Shown here: positions 1 through 7,997 of the stretch, piece after piece | Numbering within the stretch: position 1 is the first letter of the stretch | How the letters are laid out: every line of letters starts with the position of its first letter | Assembly (NCBI RefSeq): GCF_001548275.1 | Contig: NZ_AP014945.1 | Location: forward strand, 1,620,001 to 1,652,000 | Direction of reading: 5' to 3' | Source of the DNA: Caldimicrobium thiodismutans | Lineage (GTDB): Bacteria > Desulfobacterota > Thermodesulfobacteria > Thermodesulfobacteriales > Thermodesulfobacteriaceae | DNA: 32,000 nucleotides | The notes under the pieces: model-generated | Databases searched by the model: none | Told to the model about the DNA's origin: nothing | What the model saw: the letters and a program-made list of their open reading frames with translations, nothing else | Position numbers and translations under genes: made by a program

Positions 1-657
1 GGTATCAAGGTTGGTTTGAGGTTTACAATTAATAAATTTAATGCCGAGGAGATTCCCAAGGTCTTTGATTTTGTTGAAGAGATGAAGATTCCAAGAATAT
101 GTTTTTATCATCTTGTTTATGCTGGAAGAGGGAGCCGGCTTGTTGAGCAAGATTTAACGCATGAAGAGACCAGAAAATGGGTTGATTATATTATTGATAG
201 AACTAAAGAATTGCATGATAAGGGCCATAAGGTTGAGGTTCTCACGGTGGATAATCATACTGATGGAGCCTATCTCTATTTAAGGATGAAAGGAGAGGGA
301 AATCCCCGGGCTGAAGAGGTCTATCAGCTTCTCCTGATGAATGGAGGTAATAATACAGGGGTAGGAATAGGTTGTGTCTCCTGGGACGGTTCAGTTCATC
401 CTGATCAGTTCTGGAGGCATTATAGCTTTGGGAATGTCCGGGAAAGACCCTTCAGTGAAATCTGGATGGATACAAGGGATCCCCTAATGGCTAAACTTAA
501 GGAGAAGAAAAAGCATGTTAAAGGAAGATGTGCTAAATGTAAGTTTTTGGAGATCTGCGCAGGAAATTTCAGAGTAAGAGCTGAAGCGGTTACAGGGGAT
601 ATCTGGGCCCCAGATCCTGCTTGTTACCTCACGGATGAAGAAATTGGAATAGCTTAG
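1..657 (+). CDS. Radical SAM/SPASM-domain protein, NirJ/AhbC/AhbD family; C-terminal part only, the 5' end lies upstream of the window
   Basis: Frame 1 is open from nt 1 (GIKVGLRFTINKF...) to TAG at 655-657. The Cys-rich SPASM-like tail GRCAKCKFLEICAGNFRVRAEAV...DPACYL resembles NirJ/Ahb heme-maturation radical SAM enzymes. The CX3CX2C cluster region is not in the window. Confidence 0.65.
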   Translation, partial: GIKVGLRFTINKFNAEEIPKVFDFVEEMKIPRICFYHLVYAGRGSRLVEQDLTHEETRKWVDYIIDRTKELHDKGHKVEVLTVDNHTDGAYLYLRMKGEGNPRAEEVYQLLLMNGGNNTGVGIGCVSWDGSVHPDQFWRHYSFGNVRERPFSEIWMDTRDPLMAKLKEKKKHVKGRCAKCKFLEICAGNFRVRAEAVTGDIWAPDPACYLTDEEIGIA

Positions 658-685
658 ATATACATTTAATTTCAGGGGGTAGAGT

Positions 686-1276
686 ATGGGAAAAATTGAA
701 AGGGCTTTGATCAGTGTAACAGATAAGAGGGGAATAGTTGAATTTGCGCGGGAGCTTTCTAATCTCGGGATTGAAATTATCTCTACAGGGGGCACTGCAA
801 AAACTATAAAAGAAGGTGGGGTCAAGGTCACAGATATTTCAGAGCTTACAGGATTTCCAGAAATCCTGGGAGGGAGGGTCAAGACTCTGCATCCTATGGT
901 GCATGGAGGTCTTCTCTTTAAGCGAGATGACAAAGAACATGTAGAAACTGTCCAAAGGATGGGGATTAAGCCCATTGATCTTGTGGTAGTTAACCTTTAT
1001 GCCTTTGATAAGGTAGTTTCTCAAAAGGGAGATCTGGATACTGCCATTGAAAACATTGACATTGGCGGACCAACCCTTCTCAGAGCCAGTGCTAAAAATT
1101 TCAAATATGTAACTGTAGTGATAGACCCTGCTGATTATTCTAAGGTTCTTGAGGAAATAAAAGCTTACGGAAATACCACCCTTAAGACTCGTTTTGAATT
1201 AGCTAAAAAAGTCTTCAATCTTACCAGCTCCTATGACCGAATGATCTTTGAGTATCTCTCTACCTTTGAGCTCTAA
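686..1276 (+). CDS. purH: IMP cyclohydrolase, stand-alone PurH N-terminal (MGS-like) domain, 196 aa
   Basis: Near-colinear match by eye to the PurH N-domain: RALISVSDK-type start, [47 protein letters not shown] at 675-679. The ORF stops where the AICAR transformylase domain would begin. Confidence 0.85.
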   Translation: MGKIERALISVTDKRGIVEFARELSNLGIEIISTGGTAKTIKEGGVKVTDISELTGFPEILGGRVKTLHPMVHGGLLFKRDDKEHVETVQRMGIKPIDLVVVNLYAFDKVVSQKGDLDTAIENIDIGGPTLLRASAKNFKYVTVVIDPADYSKVLEEIKAYGNTTLKTRFELAKKVFNLTSSYDRMIFEYLSTFEL

Positions 1277-1286
1277 GATATGAATT

Positions 1287-1973
1287 ATGTTTTGCGTTGT
1301 CCTGGCTGGAGAAACCTGGGAAGAAATTTATACTCAAATTGAAGGTGCTAAAACCCTTACTCATCTTTTTGAGCTCCGTTTAGATTATCTTGAGGATTTT
1401 GCGGAAAAGGAGCTAACTAAGATTTTGGAGAGGAACTACCGGTTTATCTGCACTTTCCGATCTAAAGAAGAAGGAGGAAGGAAATCATGCTCCCCTGAGA
1501 AGAGATGGGAAATTCTTTCTAAGTCAGCCAGCTTAGGGGCTTATCTAATTGATGTGGAGTGGAAGCATCTCTATCTTGGAAAATTAAAATCATCCATCAA
1601 GAAAAGCCCCTTTTTTCCAGAAAAGATACTTTTTTCCTATCACAATTTCCAGGAAACTCCTCCTTTAAAAAGCTTGAAAGATTTGCTAAGGAGAGCCTCC
1701 TTAGAAGGAGCAAGGTGGTTTAAGATTACAACGCTTGTTAAATCCTTTTCTGAGTCACTTAATCTTTTAAGCTTAATTCCCTATGGGAAGGAGTTGGGTA
1801 TAGAGGTTATAGCCTTTGGCATGGGTGAAAAAGGAAAACTTTCAAGGATTTTAAGCCTACTTTCTGGAGCACCTTTTACTTATGTATTTCCTCAAGGAGG
1901 CAAGGCTCTTGCCCCAGGCCAATTAGATTTAATACAGGCCAAAAGACTTTACGAGGTCTTAACCAGTGTATAA
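1287..1973 (+). CDS. aroD: 3-dehydroquinate dehydratase, type I
   Basis: 228 aa. Contains FELRLDYL, SYHNF (catalytic His region) and FKITT (Schiff-base Lys region). Sits at the head of an aro cluster. Confidence 0.8.
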   Translation: MFCVVLAGETWEEIYTQIEGAKTLTHLFELRLDYLEDFAEKELTKILERNYRFICTFRSKEEGGRKSCSPEKRWEILSKSASLGAYLIDVEWKHLYLGKLKSSIKKSPFFPEKILFSYHNFQETPPLKSLKDLLRRASLEGARWFKITTLVKSFSESLNLLSLIPYGKELGIEVIAFGMGEKGKLSRILSLLSGAPFTYVFPQGGKALAPGQLDLIQAKRLYEVLTSV

Positions 1974-2796
1974 AGTCTTTGGGGTTATTGGGGATCCAGT
2001 TTCCCATTCTCTATCACCAGTTATGCATAATAGTGCCTTTAGAGAACTTGGCCTTAAAGCGGTTTATGGCGCTTTTCAAGTCAAAAAGGAAAATCTTAAG
2101 TCTGCAGTGGAGGGTATTCGGGCTCTAAATATTGGAGGAGTCTCCGTAACTATTCCTCATAAAGAGAGTATTTTCCATTTCCTTGATGAAGTTGATGAAG
2201 TAGCACAAAAGATTGGGGCTGTAAATACAATAATTAACAAAGAGGGAAAACTCATCGGTTATAATACAGATTGGCTCGGGGTTTTAAAGGCCTTTGAAGA
2301 AAAGGGGGTGTCTTTAAAAGAAAAGAGGGTAGTTATTCTTGGGGCAGGGGGAGCCAGCCGGGCTGTTGTATTTGCGGTAAAGGCAGGTCTTGCTAAGGAG
2401 ATCTATATATTAAACCGTACCTTTGAAAAGGCTCTTAAGCTTGCCGAGGATTTTGGAGTAATTCCCCTTCCCTGGGAAGATTTAAATAAGGCTGAAGGAG
2501 ATATCATTATTCAAACAACCAGCATAGGCCTAAAAAGTCAGGAATCCCCTGTGTCTCAAGAAATTTTAAAAAGATTTAAGATTGCTATGGATATCGTCTA
2601 TCTTCCCTTACATACCCAGTTCCTAAAATTAGCTAAGGAATATTGCCAGATTATTGATGGCTTAAGAATGCTCCTTTATCAAGGAGTTGAACAATTTAAA
2701 CTCTTTACAGGTATGAGCCCACCTGTTAAACTTATGGAAAAGGTTCTTTATGAAGAGGTAAAAAGATTAGAAGGAGAACTCAACCTTGGAAATTAA
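1966..2796 (+). CDS. aroE: Shikimate dehydrogenase
   Basis: GTG start overlaps the aroD stop by 8 nt. Motifs: SLSPVMHN.AF, VTIPHK, NTDWLG, GAGGASRAV Rossmann loop. Confidence 0.9.
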   Translation: MYKVFGVIGDPVSHSLSPVMHNSAFRELGLKAVYGAFQVKKENLKSAVEGIRALNIGGVSVTIPHKESIFHFLDEVDEVAQKIGAVNTIINKEGKLIGYNTDWLGVLKAFEEKGVSLKEKRVVILGAGGASRAVVFAVKAGLAKEIYILNRTFEKALKLAEDFGVIPLPWEDLNKAEGDIIIQTTSIGLKSQESPVSQEILKRFKIAMDIVYLPLHTQFLKLAKEYCQIIDGLRMLLYQGVEQFKLFTGMSPPVKLMEKVLYEEVKRLEGELNLGN

Positions 2797-4084
2797 AAAG
2801 ATTTTACCTTTAAAGAAATTTTACAGGCATTCTTTAAAGCTTCCTTCTTCCAAAAGTCTCACTCAAAGGGCCTTAATTTGTTCAGCCTTAGCCAGAGGCA
2901 GTTCTTTTATCAAAAATCCTCTTTTGAGTGAAGATCCATTACTTTTAAAATCAGCTCTTGAGGCAACTGGGGTTATTTTTGAAGGGAAGGAGGAAGGCTT
3001 TGAAGTAAAGGGTGTAGAGGGATTCCCAAGGCTTAATAAGAGTAAACTCTATCTTGGCAACAACGGAACAGGGGCAAGGTTTTTTTTGGCCTATTCTGCC
3101 CTTGGAAAAGGAGATTGGATTGATTTATACGGAAAGGAAAGGCTTCATGAAAGACCCATGTCTCCTCTAATTTCAGCTCTAAGAAGTCTTTCGGCTAAGA
3201 TTGATTGTTTAGAACAGGAGGGGCACTTTCCTGTAAGGGTCTATGAAGGGAATCTAAGATCCGAGAGGGTTTCCTTGCCAGGATATGTGAGCAGTCAATT
3301 TATATCTGCCCTGTTACTTATAGGTCCCTATTTGCCTTTAGGGCTTGAGATTGCTATTGAGGGAGAGCTTTTCTCCAAAAGTTATGTGGATATGACCCTT
3401 GAAGTTATGGAAAGATTCGGGGTTAAGGTTGAGGTTAAATCTAATCTTTTTTATATCCCTCAAGGAAGTTTCAAAGCAAGTATTTACGAAGTCCCAGCAG
3501 ATGCCTCAAGTGCCTCTTATTTTTTGGCTATCCCTTTGATTTTGGGAAAGGGAAGTATAATTATTGAAAATTTTGACTATTATACCAAGCAGGCAGATTC
3601 AGTTTTTTTAGAACTTATAAAAGACTTTGGAGGAATGGTAAGACCTATAGATCCCATAGGAGTAGAGGTTTTCTTTGAGGGGAGACCGAAGGCAGGCTCC
3701 TTTAATTTAAGAGATTGTCCGGATCTATTTCCCACGATGGCTATTCTTGGAGCTGTTGCCGAGGGAAGGACTGTTCTTTATGGAGCGCCTCATCTGAGAT
3801 ATAAGGAGACGGATCGAATAAAGGCGGTAGCTACAGAACTCAGTAAAATCGGGGTGAAGGTTGAAGAGCTTCCAGATGGCCTGATTATTTATGGAGGGGA
3901 TAATTTTAATCCAGCCAGAATTGAGACCTATGATGATCACCGCATAGCTATGGCCTTTGCTATTCTTGCATTAAAAGCCGGACCTTTAGAAATTGAAAAT
4001 CCGGATTGTGTTGCCAAGTCTTTTCCTAATTTTTGGGAGCTTTTTGAACAGCTTTATGCAGAGGATCCTTCTGATAGGCTTTAG
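2786..4084 (+). CDS. aroA: 3-phosphoshikimate 1-carboxyvinyltransferase (EPSP synthase)
   Basis: TTG start overlaps the aroE end by 11 nt. Motifs: LPSSKSLTQRAL, GNNGTGARF, DHRIAMAFA. 432 aa. Confidence 0.9.
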   Translation: MEIKKILPLKKFYRHSLKLPSSKSLTQRALICSALARGSSFIKNPLLSEDPLLLKSALEATGVIFEGKEEGFEVKGVEGFPRLNKSKLYLGNNGTGARFFLAYSALGKGDWIDLYGKERLHERPMSPLISALRSLSAKIDCLEQEGHFPVRVYEGNLRSERVSLPGYVSSQFISALLLIGPYLPLGLEIAIEGELFSKSYVDMTLEVMERFGVKVEVKSNLFYIPQGSFKASIYEVPADASSASYFLAIPLILGKGSIIIENFDYYTKQADSVFLELIKDFGGMVRPIDPIGVEVFFEGRPKAGSFNLRDCPDLFPTMAILGAVAEGRTVLYGAPHLRYKETDRIKAVATELSKIGVKVEELPDGLIIYGGDNFNPARIETYDDHRIAMAFAILALKAGPLEIENPDCVAKSFPNFWELFEQLYAEDPSDRL

Positions 4085-4589
4085 AGGAGCTGGAAAAACT
4101 ACTTTGGGAAAGGCCCTGGCTGAGGCCCTAAATCTTGCCTTTATAGATGCTGATGAAGAGATAGAAAAGAGAGAGGGAAGAACTATTAAAGAAATGGTTG
4201 AAAAGGAAGGTTGGTCTTACTTTAGGCATCTTGAAAAGGTCTTTTTAAAAGAGCTTCAGGAAAAGAAAAATATTGTCTGCGCCCTCGGAGGTGGTGCCGT
4301 TTTACACGAAGAGGAAATGGGAGCTCTTAAGCAAGATAGCCTTATTATCTGGGTTTTTGCAGAGCTTGATGAAATCAAGGAAAGGCTTTCCAGGGATTTT
4401 AAGACCCTCTCTCAAAGACCTGCCCTTACCGAACTTACATGGGATGAAGAATTGGAACTCCTCTATAAAGAAAGAGAGCCTCTTTATCAAAAATGGGCTC
4501 ATCTTAAAGTGGATACCCAAAGAAATGACCAATCTCAACTTTTATCTCAAATAAAAACTTACTTTAATAAGGAGGAAGCCTATGGCTAA
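4056..4589 (+). CDS. aroK: Shikimate kinase
   Basis: I call the ATG at 4056 (MQRILLIGFRGAGKTTLGK, Walker A right at the N-terminus) instead of the ORF-track start at 3993, whose added residues are a hydrophobic read-through of the aroA frame overlap. Overlaps the aroA end by 29 nt. Confidence 0.85.
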   Translation: MQRILLIGFRGAGKTTLGKALAEALNLAFIDADEEIEKREGRTIKEMVEKEGWSYFRHLEKVFLKELQEKKNIVCALGGGAVLHEEEMGALKQDSLIIWVFAELDEIKERLSRDFKTLSQRPALTELTWDEELELLYKEREPLYQKWAHLKVDTQRNDQSQLLSQIKTYFNKEEAYG

Positions 4590-5052
4590 CACGATTGCTG
4601 AAGCTATTAAAGAGGCAGTTACAGAAGTAATTACAACCTATACTGGTAATAGTCCAGAGCTTACTGCTACTGAAGCCCGCAAAGAAGACTTTGCCTTAGC
4701 AGAAATCTCTTCTATTATTGGTCTTACCGGGGAAAAACTTCAGGGTGCCTTTGTGGTGTCCATGGAAAGGGAGCTTCTCTTTCAGCTCATGCAAGCTTTA
4801 TTAGGGGAGGCACCTAAGGATTTAAATCAGGAGGCCCTGGATATGGCAGGAGAACTTTCCAATATGATTTGTGGAGGATTTAGAAGAAGGTTTGAAAAGT
4901 TTGGGACCACCCTTAAGGCTTCCGTCCCAAGTATGATTACTGGGAAGGACTATAAAGTCCATTCTCTCTGTAAAACTCCCAGAGTAACCTTTAAATTTAA
5001 AGTGGGGGACCATCCCCTTTATATTGAGTTTTGTCTTGATAAAATAGGTTAA
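4582..5052 (+). CDS. CheX-like (CheC/CheX/FliY phosphatase-fold) protein, 156 aa
   Basis: ATG lies inside ATGGCTAA, overlapping the aroK stop. Contains D87-x3-E91-x2-N94 followed by P116, close to the CheC/CheX/FliY consensus D/S-x3-E-x2-N-x22-P as I recall it. Size and N-terminal helix are typical of CheX. Confidence 0.55.
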   Translation: MANTIAEAIKEAVTEVITTYTGNSPELTATEARKEDFALAEISSIIGLTGEKLQGAFVVSMERELLFQLMQALLGEAPKDLNQEALDMAGELSNMICGGFRRRFEKFGTTLKASVPSMITGKDYKVHSLCKTPRVTFKFKVGDHPLYIEFCLDKIG

Positions 5053-5377
5053 GGAGTCAACTATCAAATAAGGTAAAATAAAATGTCTATCATTGTAAAT
5101 TACCCTTGCCTGTGGCAAACAAATTGAAATTAATAATCCTTATAGGCGGATGGCCTTGTTCTGGTCTAAAGGGTTCTCCCTTATAGCCTTTCCATTTACC
5201 AGGACTCTTAATCCCAGGATCAAGCCCTACATATTTGATGATCTTTTTAAAAGAAAAGTGAAGACTTCTTCAATTCGGATTTCAAGCAAAAAGAGTTCTT
5301 GGATGTGGATAGAAGAGATTTTTTGCAAAGGGGATATGCTTATAATATAAACAAAAAAATTGCAGGAGGAGTAAATT

Positions 5378-5761
5378 ATGGAAATAAGAACTCATAGAAA
5401 GATTGATCAAAGTCTTAGTGGGACACCTGTTGAAATTACAGAGGGTAGGGCTGTAGTAAAATTAAAGACCGATGAGAGAATGGTTGCAGATGAAAAAGGG
5501 CTTATCCATGGAGGTTTTATCTTTAGTTTGGCAGATTTTTCTGCTATGCTTGCAGTAAATGAACCAACTGTAGTCCTTGCAAAAGCAGAGGTAAAATTTT
5601 TAAAGCCCGCTTTGCTGGGGGATGAGCTTAAAGCTGAAGCTGTGGTGAAAGAGATAGAGGGGAAAAAGAGAAAGGTTTATGTGGAGGTTAAAAGGGCAGA
5701 AGAGGTAATATTTACAGGGGAGATGCTTTGTGTGGTCCCTGAAAAGCATGTCCTTGATTAG
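5378..5761 (+). CDS. Hotdog-fold acyl-CoA thioesterase (PaaI/YbgC-like)
   Basis: 127 aa. GLIHGGFIFSLADFSA motif. AGGAGGAG RBS at 5364-5371. Confidence 0.7.
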   Translation: MEIRTHRKIDQSLSGTPVEITEGRAVVKLKTDERMVADEKGLIHGGFIFSLADFSAMLAVNEPTVVLAKAEVKFLKPALLGDELKAEAVVKEIEGKKRKVYVEVKRAEEVIFTGEMLCVVPEKHVLD

Positions 5762-5766
5762 AATAA

Positions 5767-7050
5767 CTAAGGCAAGGGTTTAACATAAAGGGTAAAGCCC
5801 CTTTTTTCAATGACTTCAATTTTGGTGTCCTTAGAAATATTTACATCTGAGTAAGCCTGCCATATTTCTCCTTCTACAAAGACCTTGCCTCCGGAAGGAG
5901 TAATCTCTGTAATAGCTCTGCCGGTTTTACCCAAGAGGCCTTCCTTTCCTGAAACAGGTTCTTTTCTCAAGGTCTTAATAGCAAGATAAGTAATTCCGCC
6001 AAAAAGTGCTGCTGATGTTAGAACAACTGTTATAAGGAAAGGTTGATTAACTCGCAGGGAAGGGGGATTATGACCAAAGAGAATAAGAGAGCCAAGAAGA
6101 AGTGAGATTATAGCTCCAAGCGTAAGGAGTCCATGAGAGGTAATCTGGGTTTCAAGGAAGAAAAGGAGTCCTGAAAGGAGTATTAAGGCAAGGCCTGCAT
6201 AATTCATAGGAATTATGCTTAATCCTAAGAAGGCAAGAATTAAACAGATAGCTCCAAAAACTCCGGGAAAAATAGCTCCGGGATGAGAAAGCTCAAAATA
6301 TAAACCAAGGAGACCAAGCATGAGAAGAAAATAAACAAGATTTGGATTGGCAAGAACCTTTAAAAAGCGTGTTTTAAAGTCCTCTTGGATGACCTCAAGA
6401 GGGGCAGATTTCAGTTTGAGAATAATCTCTCTCTCTTTCACTTTTACCTTTCTTCCTTCAGCCTTTTGAAGAAGATCTTCAACATTTTGGGCGATGATTT
6501 CAATCACTCCCATTGAAAGGGCCTCTTTTTCTGTAATGCTTTTGCTTTTTTTGACAGCCAGCTCAGCAAAATCTGGATTTCTACCCCTTGTTTCGGCAAG
6601 ATTTTTGGCCCAGGCTGAAAGATCATTGGCTACTTTTTCAAGCATCTTTGGATCCGCCTTCCCTGAGAGTTCAACCGGATGAGCCGCTCCTACATGAGTG
6701 GAAGGAGCCATGGCTGCAAGATGACTGGCAAGGAGAATAAAGACCCCAGCAGATGCTGCTCTTGCCCCTTGAGGACTTACATAAACAATAACCGGAATTT
6801 CACTCTGCAAAAAATTTTTAACAATATCTCGGGTTGAATCAACCAATCCACCAGGGGTGTCAAGTTCTACAATAAGGGCCTTTCCCTTTTGGTCTTCAGC
6901 ATATTTAAGGGCATAAAGGACAAAATTAGCAGTCACAGGGGTGATTGCACCATCAACTTTAACCAAAAAGACCTTTTCCGCCTGAGCTAAAGAGGTAAAA
7001 TACAAACAGAAAAAAATTAAAGGGATAAATTTTTTAAAAAAGGTCATCAT
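5767..7050 (-). CDS. NfeD-family membrane-bound serine protease (ClpP/S49 class) with C-terminal OB domain
   Basis: 427 aa. Signal peptide, then a protease domain (DTPGG, GARAASAGVFILLAS), a multi-TM central block, and a C-terminal soluble NfeD beta-domain (GKVFVEGEIWQA). Confidence 0.8.
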   Translation of the reverse strand: MMTFFKKFIPLIFFCLYFTSLAQAEKVFLVKVDGAITPVTANFVLYALKYAEDQKGKALIVELDTPGGLVDSTRDIVKNFLQSEIPVIVYVSPQGARAASAGVFILLASHLAAMAPSTHVGAAHPVELSGKADPKMLEKVANDLSAWAKNLAETRGRNPDFAELAVKKSKSITEKEALSMGVIEIIAQNVEDLLQKAEGRKVKVKEREIILKLKSAPLEVIQEDFKTRFLKVLANPNLVYFLLMLGLLGLYFELSHPGAIFPGVFGAICLILAFLGLSIIPMNYAGLALILLSGLLFFLETQITSHGLLTLGAIISLLLGSLILFGHNPPSLRVNQPFLITVVLTSAALFGGITYLAIKTLRKEPVSGKEGLLGKTGRAITEITPSGGKVFVEGEIWQAYSDVNISKDTKIEVIEKRGFTLYVKPLP

Positions 7051-7720
7051 ATAATTTTTTAAAGGTCTTCAAATCCTCCCAGATGAGTCTTTTTACAGAG
7101 GGATTTTTAAGCATATAAGCAGGATGATAGGTAAATAATATCATAGTTTCCTGATAATGAAAGGGCCTTCCCCTGAGAGAAGATAGGCTTTCATGACCCT
7201 CAAGAAAGACCTTGGGGGGTAAGAAGCCAAGAGCCAAAACAAGTTTGGGTTTTAATAATTTTATCTCCTTGAGGAGATATTTTTTGCAGGCAAGGAGGGA
7301 TTCTTCATCTGGAGACCTTCCTGCTATGGGTTTACATTTAACTGCTAAGGTCACATAAAAATCTTCTTTTCTTAAGCCAATACTCAAAAGCATTTTTTGA
7401 AGAGTTTCCTGAATGGCTCCAGAAAAGGGTTTTCCATAATAATCATCTTCTCGGTCAGGAAAATCTCCAATAAGCATAAGTTTCTTCCCTTCCCAATTTC
7501 TTTCGATAACGGGGTTTTTTCGTATCCGAAAAAGAGAACAATCCTGACATTGATAAATCCTCTCAATTAGCTCAGACCAATTATCTTCGGGCAAAGCCTT
7601 TTTTTTACCCAAAAGAGTTAAAAATTCAGGTAAAGCTGGGATTTCTGAATAACCAAGGCTTGCAAGATATTTAAAGTAATCTTTGATTATTTCAAAAGGT
7701 CTGAGGCTCTCTTTTGTCAT
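7034..7720 (-). CDS. Uracil-DNA glycosylase, family 4-like (Fe-S type), divergent motif A
   Basis: Has CQDC...VKCKP...LLAC Cys ligand spacing, GKPFSG, and YHPAYMLKNP (motif B). Motif A reads GDFPD (nt 7454-7468) instead of GE(A/G)PG. Overlaps the nfeD start by 17 nt. Confidence 0.7.
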   Translation of the reverse strand: MTKESLRPFEIIKDYFKYLASLGYSEIPALPEFLTLLGKKKALPEDNWSELIERIYQCQDCSLFRIRKNPVIERNWEGKKLMLIGDFPDREDDYYGKPFSGAIQETLQKMLLSIGLRKEDFYVTLAVKCKPIAGRSPDEESLLACKKYLLKEIKLLKPKLVLALGFLPPKVFLEGHESLSSLRGRPFHYQETMILFTYHPAYMLKNPSVKRLIWEDLKTFKKLYDDLF

Positions 7721-7997
7721 GGTGTTGAATTTAATTTAATCCCTTTCTTTAACTCTGCAAAGGGCTTGAATTTACGAGCTTAGTTATTTTGCAAAGCTTA
7801 TTTCAAAGGAAAGCGTGAGTGGGAAAGTAAAGGAACTTTACAGAAAAATAAGAAGATATCAGATATTTTTGAGAGCCTTTTTAGAGAAAAAAGGAAATTA
7901 TTCCCTGGCATGCAAAAGAGGGGTTAAAATTAGATCTCCTAAATTTTTAAGAATAGTGTAAAATTATCTGGATATTTTCCAAGAAGGGAGGTTTTTT

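Noticed and set aside
484-975. 163-aa minus-strand ORF (also 839..1024)
   Set aside because: It is antisense to two well-supported + strand genes (the radical SAM tail and the PurH N-domain). It has low-complexity Ser/Pro/Leu composition, no RBS and no motif.
3993-4055. ORF-track start of aroK at 3993
   Set aside because: It would add 21 hydrophobic residues ahead of the Walker A and overlap aroA by 92 nt. The ATG at 4056 gives a canonical shikimate kinase N-terminus.
4273-4554. Alternative-frame ORFs inside aroK (4273..4554 +, 4302..4538 -). Similar nested ORFs occur at 3725..3940, 6494..6682, 7384..7566, 10083..10325, 11893..12215, 14693..14878, 17107..17337, 19425..19633, 20629..20886, 21565..21861, 21968..22168, 22214..22432, 25299..25484, 26415..26618 and 27057..27284.
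   Set aside because: All lie inside longer ORFs with clear family motifs. They lack RBSs and have compositions typical of out-of-frame or antisense translation of AT-rich, Lys/Glu-rich genes.
5104-5120. Hairpin TTGCC-tgt-GGCAA after the CheX-like gene as an intrinsic terminator
   Set aside because: It has only a 5-bp stem and is not followed by a T-run.
5130-5245. Possible TnpB/transposase remnant on the minus strand (VGLDPGIKS, KGYKGEPFRPEQ)
   Set aside because: The resemblance to TnpB N-terminal and RuvC-I motifs rests on a handful of residues. There is no start codon, the frame is broken upstream, and there are no terminal repeats. This is too weak to call a mobile element.
5150-5350. 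66-aa + strand ORF
   Set aside because: It has no usable Shine-Dalgarno sequence, an atypical composition compared with neighbouring proteins, and no recognisable motif. The region is discussed as an unexplained spacer instead.
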